Shown here piece by piece: positions 45,972 to 56,370 of a stretch of 64,000 nucleotides of DNA. A program made the position numbers and the translations under genes. The notes beneath the pieces were generated by a model. The model was not told the DNA's origin. It searched no databases and saw nothing but the letters and a program-made list of their open reading frames with translations. The DNA comes from an uncultured Gammaproteobacteria bacterium (GTDB lineage Bacteria; Patescibacteriota; Microgenomatia; UBA8517), in NCBI GenBank assembly GCA_964541395.1, contig CAZIPM010000002.1:41309-105308 (forward strand), given 5' to 3'. Within the stretch, counting starts at the first letter, position 1; the number at the start of each line of letters is the position of its first letter.

Positions 45972-46571
45972 TTATCTTGAGTAAAATTCTACTATATCTT
46001 GTTCAGATACAGGTTCGACGATATCTGTTCTGGTTGGTTCTTTAGAAATCCTTCCGACAATAGCTTTTCTCTCAAGCCATTTAGGAAGAATATATTCCTT
46101 ATCCAGTAATGCTTTTTTGACTGCCGGAATCTCCTGTGCCTTACTACCAATAGACACTGTCTGTCCCACTTTAACATTATAAGAGGCAATGTTTACTTTC
46201 TTACCGTCTACAAAGACGTGTCTATGGGAAACAACCTGTCTGGCCATTGGTCTGCTCGGAGCAAAACCTAACCTATAAACAACATTATCAAGTCTTTTTT
46301 CCAATAGAACCAACAATGCTTCTCCTGTGTTTCCTTTTGATTTCAATGCTTTTCCTACATATATTCTAAATTGGGATTCCATTATCCCGTACATTCTTTT
46401 GACTTTTTGTTTTTCCCTCAATTGTCTTCCAAATTGGGACATGCCACGACTACCTTTCGGTCCGTGTTGTCCGGGAGTAATGTTAAGCCTGGTAAGCTTT
46501 GCTCCTTTTCCAAAAAGATCGACCCCTTCTCGTCTGGATAATCTGTCTTTAGGTCCTGTATATCGTGTCAT
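45972..46571 (-). CDS. rpsD: 30S ribosomal protein S4
   Basis: MTRYTGPK...S4 domain. Confidence 0.9.
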   Translation of the reverse strand: MTRYTGPKDRLSRREGVDLFGKGAKLTRLNITPGQHGPKGSRGMSQFGRQLREKQKVKRMYGIMESQFRIYVGKALKSKGNTGEALLVLLEKRLDNVVYRLGFAPSRPMARQVVSHRHVFVDGKKVNIASYNVKVGQTVSIGSKAQEIPAVKKALLDKEYILPKWLERKAIVGRISKEPTRTDIVEPVSEQDIVEFYSR

Positions 46572-46594
46572 ATATTTAATTTAAGTAACTAAAC

Positions 46595-46936
46595 TTAGAC
46601 TCTCCTTTTCTTTTTTGGTCTTGGTCCATTGTGTGCGATTGGTGTGACATCTGCAATCAGGGCAATTTTAACTCCACTTGATCGTATTGATCTAAGCGCT
46701 GCATCCCTGCCCGGTCCGGGTCCTTTTAGAAAAACTTCAACTTCTGTAATACCCTTTGTCTTCGCTTTGCCCATTACTGTCTCTACTGCTGATGTTGCAG
46801 CAAAAGGAGTTGATTTTCTGGTACCCTTAAAACCTGATGCCCCGGATGATCCCCAAGCCAAACTTGCACCTTTATCATCACACACATTAATTAATGTGTT
46901 ATTAAATGATGCCGATATGTAAACTTTTCCTAACAT
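46595..46936 (-). CDS. rpsK: 30S ribosomal protein S11 (short N-terminus)
   Basis: ASFNNTLIN...GFKGTRKSTPFAA... Confidence 0.9.
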   Translation of the reverse strand: MLGKVYISASFNNTLINVCDDKGASLAWGSSGASGFKGTRKSTPFAATSAVETVMGKAKTKGITEVEVFLKGPGPGRDAALRSIRSSGVKIALIADVTPIAHNGPRPKKKRRV

Positions 46937-46948
46937 ATATTTTATTTT

Positions 46949-47356
46949 TTATAAATTTCTATTTTTATCTGCTGGTTTTTGAGCCATTGCTTCTTTTTTA
47001 AATGCTCCGACTGTTTTTCTCTTTCCTCTTTTTGTTCTGGCATTGGTTTTGGTTCTTTGTCCTCTTGAAGGAAGGCCCTTTGTGTGCCTCATTCCACGGT
47101 ATGATCCGATTGCTTGTAGTCTTTGGATATTTGCCCTGACACGTCTTACTAAATCACCTTCGGTGGGGTTTTCATCTAAAGTTGAAGTAATTCTTCCAAT
47201 GTCCTCTGAGGTGAGATCTTTGACTCTTTTTGTTTTATCAAAACCTAAAGTTTCCATAATATCTCTGGAGACACTCCAACCTACACCTTTAATGCGGGTC
47301 AGCGCAAAATCTAACTTCCAATTGTCATTTAATTCTATTCCTGCAATTCTTGCCAT
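46949..47356 (-). CDS. rpsM: 30S ribosomal protein S13
   Basis: MARIAGIEL... Confidence 0.9.
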   Translation of the reverse strand: MARIAGIELNDNWKLDFALTRIKGVGWSVSRDIMETLGFDKTKRVKDLTSEDIGRITSTLDENPTEGDLVRRVRANIQRLQAIGSYRGMRHTKGLPSRGQRTKTNARTKRGKRKTVGAFKKEAMAQKPADKNRNL

Positions 47357-47383
47357 AATTATTTCGCTTTGTCCAATTAGTAC

Positions 47384-47497
47384 TTATCCTTGTCTTACCT
47401 TATGCCTGGGATTTTTACAAATTATACGCAAAACTCCACCTCTTTTAATAAGCTTGCAATCCTTACATCTTTTTTTGACTGATGCTAATACTTGCAT
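47384..47497 (-). CDS. rpmJ: 50S ribosomal protein L36
   Basis: My own translation [37 protein letters not shown] (37 aa, zinc ribbon); below the ORF-track cut-off. Confidence 0.85.
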   Translation of the reverse strand: MQVLASVKKRCKDCKLIKRGGVLRIICKNPRHKVRQG

Positions 47498-47516
47498 TTT
47501 TTATTTTTTTCTAAAA

Positions 47517-47732
47517 TTAATACTTATACACTATCCTACCCCTGGCTTCATCATAGGGAGTCATTTCTACTTTAACCCTGTCTCCCGGAAAAACTCTGAC
47601 ATAAGCCTTTCTCATCTTTCCTTTTAAAGTTGTCAGAACCACTCTTTTATCGACAAGCTCCACCCTGAACATAGTGTTGGGCAGAAGCTGCGTGACTACT
47701 CCATCGACCTCAATATTTTTAGTGTCATTCAT
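47517..47732 (-). CDS. infA: translation initiation factor IF-1
   Basis: S1-like fold, GKMRK..VRV..GD.V. Confidence 0.9.
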   Translation of the reverse strand: MNDTKNIEVDGVVTQLLPNTMFRVELVDKRVVLTTLKGKMRKAYVRVFPGDRVKVEMTPYDEARGRIVYKY

Positions 47733-47741
47733 ACAAAAAAA

Positions 47742-48497
47742 CTACCCAGTGATTATTTTAAAACCTTTCTGGGTAACTATAACCGTATCCTCAAAAAGTC
47801 CTGATATTTTACCATCTGCCATCGCTATTGTCCACCCATCTTTTTCTTTTACAATTCTGGGGCTTCCCTGGGCATACATTACTTCTATAGCAATGACCAT
47901 TCCTTCAACTAATCTCGGTGAATTTTCGCGCTTTTGATAGACGAAACAGGGAATGGAGGGCTCTTCATGCAGATTTCTGCCAACACCATGCCCCACAAGG
48001 TCTTCTATAGGGCTGTAGCCATACAATGTGATCACACCCTCGATTCTTTCGGAGATATCGTGAATATGGTTTCCATTCTTCACAGCTTTGACTGCAGAAT
48101 TAAATGCTTCACGACCCGCATTCAGAAACTTTTCAATTTCCAATGAGGGAGATATTCCAACCGATATTGAAGTATCGGTATGAAAACCCTTATAGAATAG
48201 TCCCACATCAACACTAACCAGATCTCCCTTTTTGAAAATAGTTTCTTTTTTGGGAATTCCGTGGACTATTCCTTCATTAACATTAACACAAGTAGCCCAC
48301 GAATACCTCGGAACCATTTTAAAAGACGACTTTCCACCACTTTTTTCAATTAAATCGGTAGCCAATTTATCAATTTCCAGGGCATTGTTACCTTCTTCAA
48401 TGATTTTTGCCAATTCGTGTTTTATAAATCCCAATTTGGATCCACCTTCTTCCATAATTTTAAGATCTTCAGGGGTTTTAATAGAAATTTTATCCAT
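47742..48497 (-). CDS. map: methionine aminopeptidase type I
   Basis: Metal ligands D..D..H..E..E are present. Confidence 0.9.
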   Translation of the reverse strand: MDKISIKTPEDLKIMEEGGSKLGFIKHELAKIIEEGNNALEIDKLATDLIEKSGGKSSFKMVPRYSWATCVNVNEGIVHGIPKKETIFKKGDLVSVDVGLFYKGFHTDTSISVGISPSLEIEKFLNAGREAFNSAVKAVKNGNHIHDISERIEGVITLYGYSPIEDLVGHGVGRNLHEEPSIPCFVYQKRENSPRLVEGMVIAIEVMYAQGSPRIVKEKDGWTIAMADGKISGLFEDTVIVTQKGFKIITG

Positions 48498-48508
48498 ATC
48501 AGAATATT

Positions 48509-49156
48509 TTAAATTTGGGGAAGTTTTTCGACTATTTCCACAAGGTCTTTTTGAATTTCATCAATTGGCCTTTCTCCATTGACTCTGACCAATTTCCCTT
48601 TGCCGTCCAAAAAGTCAATCAGTTCCTTGGTATTATCTTTGTAATATTGGAATCTAACTTTAACCGATTCCTCATTATCATCTTCTCTTTGTATTAAACT
48701 TCCACCGCAAATATCACAAACTCCTTCAACTGTAGGTGGGTTTGTAACAGTATTAAAATTTTCACCACATTTACTACACACTCTTCTGGAAGATATTCTT
48801 TTAATTGCTTCTTCCTCACTAACATCCAATGAAATAACCAAATCTATGTCATCACCCTTACTTGTCAAAAAATTTGACAATGCTTCATATTGGGTAATAA
48901 ATCTGGGAAACCCTTCAAAAAGTATGTATTTTAAATCCGGTTTTTGGTTAGTCAGAAAATTAATAACATGCATTGTCATTTCTTCAGCAGGAACCAGTTT
49001 TCCGCTATTCATTATTTCTTTGATCCGCGCGTTGTCTTCTGCAAGTTTTCTAGTAACATCACCGGTTGAAAGATGATACAAACCAAATTTCTCACACAGT
49101 AAATTAGCTTGAGTGCCTTTCCCAGATGCCGGTGAGCCAAGTAAAACTATATTCAT
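48509..49156 (-). CDS. adk: adenylate kinase (zinc-lid type)
   Basis: GSPASGKGTQ; CSKCG...CDICG lid. Confidence 0.9.
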   Translation of the reverse strand: MNIVLLGSPASGKGTQANLLCEKFGLYHLSTGDVTRKLAEDNARIKEIMNSGKLVPAEEMTMHVINFLTNQKPDLKYILFEGFPRFITQYEALSNFLTSKGDDIDLVISLDVSEEEAIKRISSRRVCSKCGENFNTVTNPPTVEGVCDICGGSLIQREDDNEESVKVRFQYYKDNTKELIDFLDGKGKLVRVNGERPIDEIQKDLVEIVEKLPQI

Positions 49157-49208
49157 AAAGGATAAGCGTATTTTAGCTTAAATTGAACACAATTAACAGA
49201 TTGAAGAA

Positions 49209-49610
49209 TTAGTCAATCTCAGTGGTACATTTAAATGTTGTAGCTGGACAATCTTTCATGCCCTCAATCGGACACGGTCCAAATTCCGTTGATAAAATTA
49301 CTTTGTCGGTATATTCGGGACAATCGCAAACGGTCACAGTCGCAGTACTTTGGTAAACCCTGTCCACCTCGCAATCGGTCTGTATTGTGTCCTTACCGGT
49401 TTCGTTTTTATTTTTCCTTTCTGCCTTCTCAACTGCAAGTTGTACTGCCAGGCTTTTCAGTTCAGTATTTTGTTTTGATACTTTATTTATTCTGAATGCT
49501 AAAAATGCACTAATAAATAGAGTTATAACTAATAAAATAGATAGAACAATTACTACGGAATTCTTCTTCTTTTCAGGAGTAGTTTGGGCTTGAGTAATTT
49601 GAGGTTCCAT
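49209..49610 (-). CDS. hypothetical membrane-anchored Cys-rich protein; paralog of the next gene
   Basis: 133 aa; TM helix, then NTELKSLAVQLAVEKAERK, then a Cys-rich ectodomain. Confidence 0.5.
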   Translation of the reverse strand: MEPQITQAQTTPEKKKNSVVIVLSILLVITLFISAFLAFRINKVSKQNTELKSLAVQLAVEKAERKNKNETGKDTIQTDCEVDRVYQSTATVTVCDCPEYTDKVILSTEFGPCPIEGMKDCPATTFKCTTEID

Positions 49611-49701
49611 AATTTTATTATTTACTTAAATTTATAAATAAACAAGTAGAATCATAATGGGCAAGATTTGTTTTAACTAAATTAGCCCTAAAAACAGTAG
49701 A

Positions 49702-50388
49702 TTATTGGGTATTCGAAAATGTTGAAAGGATTTGATCCATAGTCCCTATGATATTTTCATCATACTGGACTGGAGCTGAATATCGTGTAGGAGGAACGGT
49801 TACGAAATAATTATTATTTTTGGTGTAAACTTCCCACTGTGTGTGATTATCAAAAACTTCTGGTTTGACTAGCCTGCGTTTTGAATTCTGTATTATATCT
49901 TTGAAACTACCCTCACAGTAGTTTGCCATTTCAGGAGCATTTGATCTGGATTGGTCATCAAAAATGCAAATTCCAGGACCATATGCCGATGGCCACATTA
50001 TGGTGATTTTATAATTTCCTTTAAATATTGAAAGCTCCGCACCAATTGGATCATTATTCTCTATTTCTGCTTTTGAAGTATCCAGTGTCCAATCAGAAGG
50101 ATATTCAATTGAATACTTTTCAATTATATTAGTATATTTTTTCCATTCCGGTGAACTTTTATTTTTTGCCGCCGCTTTCTGTTCTGCTTTCTCTACGGCA
50201 AGTTGTATCGCCAGACTTTTCAACTCAACATTTTGTCTAGATATTTTATCAAACTTGTAATACAGATAACCTAATGCTCCCAGAGAAAGTATTAACAAAA
50301 CAAAAACCAACATGAGGGGAAGATTATTTTTTTTAGACTTGGTTTCAGCTGTTGGTTGAACTAAGACTGAATTTTCTTGATTATTCAT
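49702..50388 (-). CDS. hypothetical membrane-anchored protein; paralog of the previous gene
   Basis: 228 aa; TM helix, then NVELKSLAIQLAVEKAEQK. Confidence 0.5.
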   Translation of the reverse strand: MNNQENSVLVQPTAETKSKKNNLPLMLVFVLLILSLGALGYLYYKFDKISRQNVELKSLAIQLAVEKAEQKAAAKNKSSPEWKKYTNIIEKYSIEYPSDWTLDTSKAEIENNDPIGAELSIFKGNYKITIMWPSAYGPGICIFDDQSRSNAPEMANYCEGSFKDIIQNSKRRLVKPEVFDNHTQWEVYTKNNNYFVTVPPTRYSAPVQYDENIIGTMDQILSTFSNTQ

Positions 50389-50411
50389 AACTAATTAATA
50401 TTAGCATTTTT

Positions 50412-51698
50412 TTATGAGCGAATAAACCTGTCATATCTGCTCATGAGTAAATCACCTTCCATCTCTCTGACAAATTCCAAAACTACGGAAATGACGATTA
50501 AAATTCCTGTTCCTCCAATTGCCAAATTGGCGATACCTATCGAATTTTGGAAAAGCGAAGGAAGCACTGCTACTGATCCTAAAAAGGCTGCTCCAACCAA
50601 GGTAATTCTGTTTAATACGTAAGTTAAATATTTAACCGTAGCCGAACCTGGTCTGACACCGGTAATAAACCCTCCGCTTTTTTGTAAATTTTCCGCTATT
50701 TTTTCAGGATTAAAGACAACCGAAGTGTAAAAGTAGGTAAAACCAACAACCAAAGCAAAATAGATAACATTATAAAGAACAGAGCTTGGATTAAAGATAT
50801 TATTTATAGTTCCCACCAAGTTTTGTAAATTGGGATTTCCCGAAGCTCCCAAAAACTGACTAATCATTGTAGGCATCAAAACCAAAGATACGGCAAAGAT
50901 TATAGGAATCACTCCTGCCTGGTTTAATCTTAAAGGTAGGTATGAAGATGCTGACTTTAAAGAACTGGTCATCCTGGCGTAGCTTATCGGTACTTGTCGG
51001 ACTGCCTCATTAACAAATACAATTAGACCAATTACACCTATTGCCGCAGCCAAAAATATACCCATCTTTAAATAATCTTCAGGCTGAATTGTAGATATCG
51101 TCTGTCCCAAAACAATCGGTAATCTTGCAACTATACCTACAAAGATAAGAAATGAGACTCCATTTTTAAATGCGTATTCGGTAATCAGATCTCCAAACCA
51201 AACTGCCAACATTGTTCCAGCAGTCATGGTTAGGATTAGAGTCAACAACGAGACAGGAGAAAGATTTCCAATTATTCCCTGAGAGCGAAGTAGTGCATAC
51301 ATCCCAAATCCCTGCATGGCAGCCAAGGGAACTGTTAAAAGCCTGGTATATTGATTGATTTTTTCCTGTCCGTATTCTCCCTCTTTTTGCAGCTCCTCCA
51401 ATGCAGGTATAACATAACCCAAAAGTTGTAATATAATTGATGCATTGATATAAGGGTTAAGACCCAAAGCCATGATGGAAAAATTTGCCAAGGTTCCTCC
51501 GGAAAATACATCTAAAAGTGAAAGAAGGGGACTGGTTGAAAACAACTGCGCGAGACTCTCTTTCTCAATTCCTGCTGCAGGGATATGACCCACTATTCTG
51601 TAAGCCAGAAGAATCAGGGCTGTGATTAATACTTTTTTACGCAACCCCGGATTCGTTACTACTTTTTTAAAAAATTGGGCAATTTCATTAAGCATCAT
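50412..51698 (-). CDS. secY: protein translocase subunit SecY
   Basis: Ten TM helices, SecY signatures. Confidence 0.95.
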   Translation of the reverse strand: MMLNEIAQFFKKVVTNPGLRKKVLITALILLAYRIVGHIPAAGIEKESLAQLFSTSPLLSLLDVFSGGTLANFSIMALGLNPYINASIILQLLGYVIPALEELQKEGEYGQEKINQYTRLLTVPLAAMQGFGMYALLRSQGIIGNLSPVSLLTLILTMTAGTMLAVWFGDLITEYAFKNGVSFLIFVGIVARLPIVLGQTISTIQPEDYLKMGIFLAAAIGVIGLIVFVNEAVRQVPISYARMTSSLKSASSYLPLRLNQAGVIPIIFAVSLVLMPTMISQFLGASGNPNLQNLVGTINNIFNPSSVLYNVIYFALVVGFTYFYTSVVFNPEKIAENLQKSGGFITGVRPGSATVKYLTYVLNRITLVGAAFLGSVAVLPSLFQNSIGIANLAIGGTGILIVISVVLEFVREMEGDLLMSRYDRFIRS

Positions 51699-52074
51699 TA
51701 TTTAAACTCTTTGAATGTGGTACCAAAATTTCCAGTTTCTTGGTAAGTTTTTCCTTACCCATCAATATTTTAACACCAAATTTTTTAGCGTCACTTTCAC
51801 TTACAATTCTTTTTTTAATCAAAGCAGCCAAATCTACTTTTGCACCGTTTTCGAAGACATTAAGCTCATCTGCCTTAATAATTAATTCTTTTTGTCTGGC
51901 TGCAAATTTACCTCTCCCCCTGAGAAGAGGCAGTCTTTTAAGTGTGGATTTTTTAACTTTTACACCCTGAAAAAGAATATGGATGTGACTTCTGGATTTT
52001 TGACCCTTTTGACCACGTCCTGATGTATGTCCGCCTTTACCGCTGCCATAACCGCGTCCTTTTCTTTTTGCCAT
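51688..52074 (-). CDS. rplO: 50S ribosomal protein L15
   Basis: [16 protein letters not shown]. Confidence 0.9.
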   Translation of the reverse strand: MAKRKGRGYGSGKGGHTSGRGQKGQKSRSHIHILFQGVKVKKSTLKRLPLLRGRGKFAARQKELIIKADELNVFENGAKVDLAALIKKRIVSESDAKKFGVKILMGKEKLTKKLEILVPHSKSLNNDA

Positions 52075-52075
52075 T

Positions 52076-52579
52076 TTATTCTTCCAGTCCTTTCTTTTTC
52101 TTAGATAAAAAAGTTACTTTCTCCAAAGCCACAATTGTTGCCCTGACACAAGAGATTTTATTATTGCTACCCAAACTTTTGGCTACAACATCTCTAAGAC
52201 CTGAGGACTCCAAGACTGTTCTCATTGGTCCTCCCGCAATTATTCCTGATCCTGCGGGTGCAGGTTTTAATAAAACCTTGGCTGCTGAGAATTTTGCATT
52301 AACCGAATAAGGGATAGTTGTGCCTACCATAGTAATAGTTATCATTTTCTTTTTGGCTACCTCAATTGCTTTTCTGATGGCGTTTCTGACGTCATGTGCT
52401 TTAGCCAAACCAACTCCAACTTTTCCTTTTTTATCACCCAGCACCACCAGTGCCGCAAAGCGAATCTGGTTTCCACCTTTGGTTTTTTTGGAAATTCTGT
52501 TTATTTGGACAACTGTTTCCTCAAATTCCTTTGGCGGTTGGTTATAATTTCCTTGATTTCCTCGATTTTGATATGCCAT
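52076..52579 (-). CDS. rpsE: 30S ribosomal protein S5
   Basis: S5 double-stranded-RNA-binding domain and C-terminal domain. Confidence 0.9.
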   Translation of the reverse strand: MAYQNRGNQGNYNQPPKEFEETVVQINRISKKTKGGNQIRFAALVVLGDKKGKVGVGLAKAHDVRNAIRKAIEVAKKKMITITMVGTTIPYSVNAKFSAAKVLLKPAPAGSGIIAGGPMRTVLESSGLRDVVAKSLGSNNKISCVRATIVALEKVTFLSKKKKGLEE

Positions 52580-52605
52580 ATTTAATTTTGATAATTAATT
52601 TAAAG

Positions 52606-52959
52606 CTAAAATACCAATCCTCCTTCTCTCGCTGCATCGGCTACTGTTTTAATTCTGCCGTGATATTTATAGCCGCTTTTGTCAAAAACTACTTTTTTGA
52701 TTTTTAATTTAACTGCTTTTTCAGCTAATGTTTTACCTACCTCGGAAGCCCTATCTGCGCTTTTTTTACCCAATTTTCCGATTTTACCAAGCTTCATATC
52801 ATTAGCTGAAGCTAAGGTAATTCCTTTTTCATCGTCGATAAGTTGGGCAACAAGATACTTATTGGATCTAAAAACAGTTAATCTGGGTATTGTTTTAGTT
52901 CCTGAAACCTTAGCTCTGACTCTTTTTCTTCTTTGATTAAATCCTTTATTGACGTTCAT
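52606..52959 (-). CDS. rplR: 50S ribosomal protein L18
   Basis: [10 protein letters not shown]... Confidence 0.9.
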   Translation of the reverse strand: MNVNKGFNQRRKRVRAKVSGTKTIPRLTVFRSNKYLVAQLIDDEKGITLASANDMKLGKIGKLGKKSADRASEVGKTLAEKAVKLKIKKVVFDKSGYKYHGRIKTVADAAREGGLVF

Positions 52960-52961
52960 AA

Positions 52962-53507
52962 TTATTGGGCTGCAGCTTTGGCTGCTTTACCTGCCTTTCT
53001 TCTTATTACCTCATCTATGTACTTTACTCCCTTGCCTTTATATGGCTCGGGTGGCCTACTGGCTCTGATATTAGCCGAAATTTGTCCGACAACTTCTTTG
53101 TCGTATCCGTCTACTGTTATTACATTTTTTTCTACTTTGAAAGTAATTCCATTTGGCGCTTTAATTTCAACAGGATGAGAATAACCTACTGTCAAAACCA
53201 GAACATCTCCCCTAACTTCTGCTCTATAACCCGTTCCGATTAGTTCCAGTTTCTTAAACCAACCATCACTTACCCCTTTAACCATGTTGGAAATAACCAT
53301 CCTGGACGTACCCCAAATAGAAAGCGATCTCTTATCAGCTTTGGGACATTTAACTAAGACTTCACTGTTTTCCAAACTGACCTCCACTGAACGGTCGAGC
53401 TTGAAACTTAAGTTTCCTTTTGGACCTGAGACATTAACGATCTTGCCGTTTATTTCTACAGTTACTCCTGATGGAACTGTTATTGGTTGTTTTCCTATCT
53501 TACTCAT
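52962..53507 (-). CDS. rplF: 50S ribosomal protein L6
   Basis: SKIGKQPI... Confidence 0.9.
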   Translation of the reverse strand: MSKIGKQPITVPSGVTVEINGKIVNVSGPKGNLSFKLDRSVEVSLENSEVLVKCPKADKRSLSIWGTSRMVISNMVKGVSDGWFKKLELIGTGYRAEVRGDVLVLTVGYSHPVEIKAPNGITFKVEKNVITVDGYDKEVVGQISANIRASRPPEPYKGKGVKYIDEVIRRKAGKAAKAAAQ

Positions 53508-53881
53508 AGTACTTTTGCTAATACTTCTCCGCCGATTCTTAATTTTTTGGCTTCTTTATCCGACACTACCCCTTTAGGTGTGGTTAAAATAAGAATATCC
53601 GGTTTTTTTCTTTTCTCCAGCTCATCAACATTCATATAGATCCTAAGCCCTGGTCTGGAAACAATCTTCAAATCAGAGATAACCGCTTTCTTGCTAAAGA
53701 TAGAAAGTGTGACTGTAATCTCCTTTTTTCCTACAACAACACTGTCTAAAAATTTAGCTCTTTTAAGAGCATTAGCCACGCCCACAATCAGTTTGGTTTT
53801 GGGTATAATAACTTCTCTGATACCAGCCAAGCCGGCGTTTTTTAATCTGATTAAGAAATCTGCTACGGGGTAATTTGTCAT
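53504..53881 (-). CDS. rpsH: 30S ribosomal protein S8
   Basis: MTNYPVADFLIRLKNA...; start placed at the internal Met to avoid overlap with rpsZ. Confidence 0.85.
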   Translation of the reverse strand: MTNYPVADFLIRLKNAGLAGIREVIIPKTKLIVGVANALKRAKFLDSVVVGKKEITVTLSIFSKKAVISDLKIVSRPGLRIYMNVDELEKRKKPDILILTTPKGVVSDKEAKKLRIGGEVLAKVL

Positions 53882-53906
53882 ATTATTTTTTGAGTAAGTT
53901 TTATGC

Positions 53907-54092
53907 TTACCAACTAGCCTTTCTAATTCCCGGAAGTTCACCTTTTAAGGCATGCTCCCTGAAACACAATCTGCACAGACCGAATTTGCGGATGTAGCCT
54001 CTTGGCCTACCGCAGATTTTACACCTGTTTCTATACCTTGTTTTATAGGGTAATTTCTTTAACTCTCTTTGTTCTTTTGCTGTTGTTGCCAT
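53907..54092 (-). CDS. rpsZ: 30S ribosomal protein S14 type Z (zinc ribbon)
   Basis: 61 aa; CKICG...CRLC. Confidence 0.9.
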   Translation of the reverse strand: MATTAKEQRELKKLPYKTRYRNRCKICGRPRGYIRKFGLCRLCFREHALKGELPGIRKASW

Positions 54093-54121
54093 ATATTTAT
54101 TTATCTATTTTTACTTATTAC

Positions 54122-54661
54122 TTATTTTTGAAAAGGCATTCCTAAAAGTTCCAATAACTTTCTGCCTCTTTCCTTATTTCCTGCTGTCGTGGTAATTACA
54201 ATTTCCAACCCGTGGGAAATATTTGATTTGGCAGTATCGATTTCAGGAAAAACGCTGTATTCACTCATTCCGATCGTATAGTTTCCAAAATTATCAAAGC
54301 TTTTAGCGTTTACCCCTTTAAAGTCACGCAGTCTGGGAAGGACTATATTAACAAATTTTTGGTAAAAATCATACATTTTGGTCCCTCTTAATGTTACTTT
54401 AAGACCCACCACCATTCCCCGTCTAATTGCAAAGCTGGCAACAGATAATTTGGCTGGTCTTTCAGACGGTTTTTGGCCGGAAATTGCAGCCAAATCACGA
54501 ATTAGAGTTTCTTTTGCTTCCTTGTTTTTCAAAATACTACCTATTCCCATATTGAGGGTTATTTTAGTCATTCTTGGTACTCCCATGACATTGGCAATAG
54601 AAAATTCTTCCTTTAATACAGGAATAATTTCTTTTTTGTATTTTTCGGCTAATTTATTCAT
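54122..54661 (-). CDS. rplE: 50S ribosomal protein L5
   Basis: 179 aa; L5 signature. Confidence 0.9.
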   Translation of the reverse strand: MNKLAEKYKKEIIPVLKEEFSIANVMGVPRMTKITLNMGIGSILKNKEAKETLIRDLAAISGQKPSERPAKLSVASFAIRRGMVVGLKVTLRGTKMYDFYQKFVNIVLPRLRDFKGVNAKSFDNFGNYTIGMSEYSVFPEIDTAKSNISHGLEIVITTTAGNKERGRKLLELLGMPFQK

Positions 54662-54694
54662 ATTTTTTTAATAAAACAAAGTATAAAACTTCGC

Positions 54695-55030
54695 TTATAT
54701 CTCCTTCTCACATTTTTTGCAAATTCTGACTTTTTCGTTTTTACCACTTTTTTCTGCCATAATTCTAAAGCCTACCCTGGTTACTTTTTTACATTTTGGA
54801 CAAATTAAAGCTATTTTTGCTACATTTAACGGTCTCGGTACGTCGTAAATACCACCTTTTTGTCCCTGAACTCCCTTAACATGCTTTTTGTAGACATTTA
54901 TTCCCATAACCAGAATTTTGTCTTCTTTAGGTATAATTTTCTCAATTTTACCCTCTCTACCTTTGTCCTTTCCTGACGTAACTTTAACCATGTCTCCTAA
55001 ATGAAACTTGCTTAATTTGTATTTATTCAT
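54695..55030 (-). CDS. rplX: 50S ribosomal protein L24 with an unusual CPKC...CKKC zinc-ribbon-like C-terminus
   Basis: KOW motif; RVGFR core flanked by CPKCKK and CKKCEK. Confidence 0.85.
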   Translation of the reverse strand: MNKYKLSKFHLGDMVKVTSGKDKGREGKIEKIIPKEDKILVMGINVYKKHVKGVQGQKGGIYDVPRPLNVAKIALICPKCKKVTRVGFRIMAEKSGKNEKVRICKKCEKEI

Positions 55031-55040
55031 ATATTTATAT

Positions 55041-55406
55041 TTAAACTACCTCCCTGGCTAAAGATGCAATTTTATTAAAACCTATCTCTTTAATCTCACG
55101 GGCAATAGGGCCTAATATTCGGGTACCAAGCGGAAGTCCCTGTTTATCAATTACCACTCCTGCATTGTCGTCAAACCTGATATAAGTTCCGTCAGATCTT
55201 CCGATTTCTTTTCTCGTCCTGACAATCAGTACCTTGACTTTCTCGTGGTCTTTAACTGCTCCATTCGGATCAGCACCACGGACTGAACAAAGAACTATGT
55301 CTCCAATGGTCGCTATTTTACCTATCCTACCCGGAACTCCTATAATTGCTAATTTTTTGGCGCCACTGTTATCCGCTGGTTTTAATATTGATCTAAGCTG
55401 TACCAT
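55041..55406 (-). CDS. rplN: 50S ribosomal protein L14
   Basis: MVQLRSIL...NSGAKK. Confidence 0.9.
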   Translation of the reverse strand: MVQLRSILKPADNSGAKKLAIIGVPGRIGKIATIGDIVLCSVRGADPNGAVKDHEKVKVLIVRTRKEIGRSDGTYIRFDDNAGVVIDKQGLPLGTRILGPIAREIKEIGFNKIASLAREVV

Positions 55407-55728
55407 TTTTACCCTTCTTTCTGACTACTTTTGTTTTAACCGCTTTAGATTTCGTAGTTTTTATCTTTATTTCTTCTTTCTTTGTTTCCGTAACCTTTTT
55501 AACTTTAATGTCTTCAATTATTATCCACTTCTTGGTCTTACTGATAGGACGGGTGTCAGCAAATTTAACCCTGTCGCCGACTTTTACTTCGATTTCCGTA
55601 TGCACCTGATATTTCCTGCTTCTCTTAAATCTTTTCTTATAAACCGGATGTGACAAAAATCTTTCCACCTCAACTGTTGCCGTTTTAGGCATCTTTGTTG
55701 AAACTACGATTCCTGCAAATATTTTCAT
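55393..55728 (-). CDS. rpsQ: 30S ribosomal protein S17 (Lys-rich C-terminal extension)
   Basis: [11 protein letters not shown]... Confidence 0.9.
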   Translation of the reverse strand: MKIFAGIVVSTKMPKTATVEVERFLSHPVYKKRFKRSRKYQVHTEIEVKVGDRVKFADTRPISKTKKWIIIEDIKVKKVTETKKEEIKIKTTKSKAVKTKVVRKKGKNGTA

Positions 55729-55931
55729 TTTTTAATTACCTCCTTTTCTGATTTTAAAGTTAAAAGCTGTACTATATCTTTTTTCATATTTTTAAGCAAT
55801 TTTACATTTTTCTCTTTACCTGCTAAAAGCTTGACATTCAGTTTTAATAATTCTTGTCTTTTTTTGATCACCAAGGCTTCTAAATCCTTAATATCTTTTG
55901 CTCTTAATTCTTTAATTTCTTTGATTTTCAT
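55725..55931 (-). CDS. rpmC: 50S ribosomal protein L29
   Basis: 68 aa helical. Confidence 0.85.
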   Translation of the reverse strand: MKIKEIKELRAKDIKDLEALVIKKRQELLKLNVKLLAGKEKNVKLLKNMKKDIVQLLTLKSEKEVIKK

Positions 55932-55965
55932 ATTCTTTTTATATTATTTTTCACTTAAATTTTAT

Positions 55966-56370
55966 TTATTTCTCAACCATTTTGACTTTTATGGGAAGCT
56001 TTGCTCCCGCTTTGGCAAAGGCATCCTTAATAGCTAATTCTGTCGCACCGGCTACTTCAAACATGACTTTCCCCGGTTTAACTACTGCCACATGCTTAAC
56101 GACGTCTCCTTTTCCTCCACCCATTCTTTTTCCGGCTGCACGACCGGATACCGGTTTATCGGGAAAAACTCTAACCCAAACCTTGCCTCCTCTTTTTAAA
56201 GCATGGGTAATTGCACGTCTGGCAGCTTCGATTTGTGCTGCTGTAACCCAGGCTACTTCCATTGCCTTAAGTCCGTAATCTCCAAAAGAAACAGAGCTGC
56301 CTCTTTGAGCTTTACCGCGCCTGCGTCCCCTGAAATTTTTGATCCACTTACTTCTTTTCGGTTGTAACAT
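55966..56370 (-). CDS. rplP: 50S ribosomal protein L16
   Basis: MLQPKRSKW... Confidence 0.9.
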   Translation of the reverse strand: MLQPKRSKWIKNFRGRRRGKAQRGSSVSFGDYGLKAMEVAWVTAAQIEAARRAITHALKRGGKVWVRVFPDKPVSGRAAGKRMGGGKGDVVKHVAVVKPGKVMFEVAGATELAIKDAFAKAGAKLPIKVKMVEK

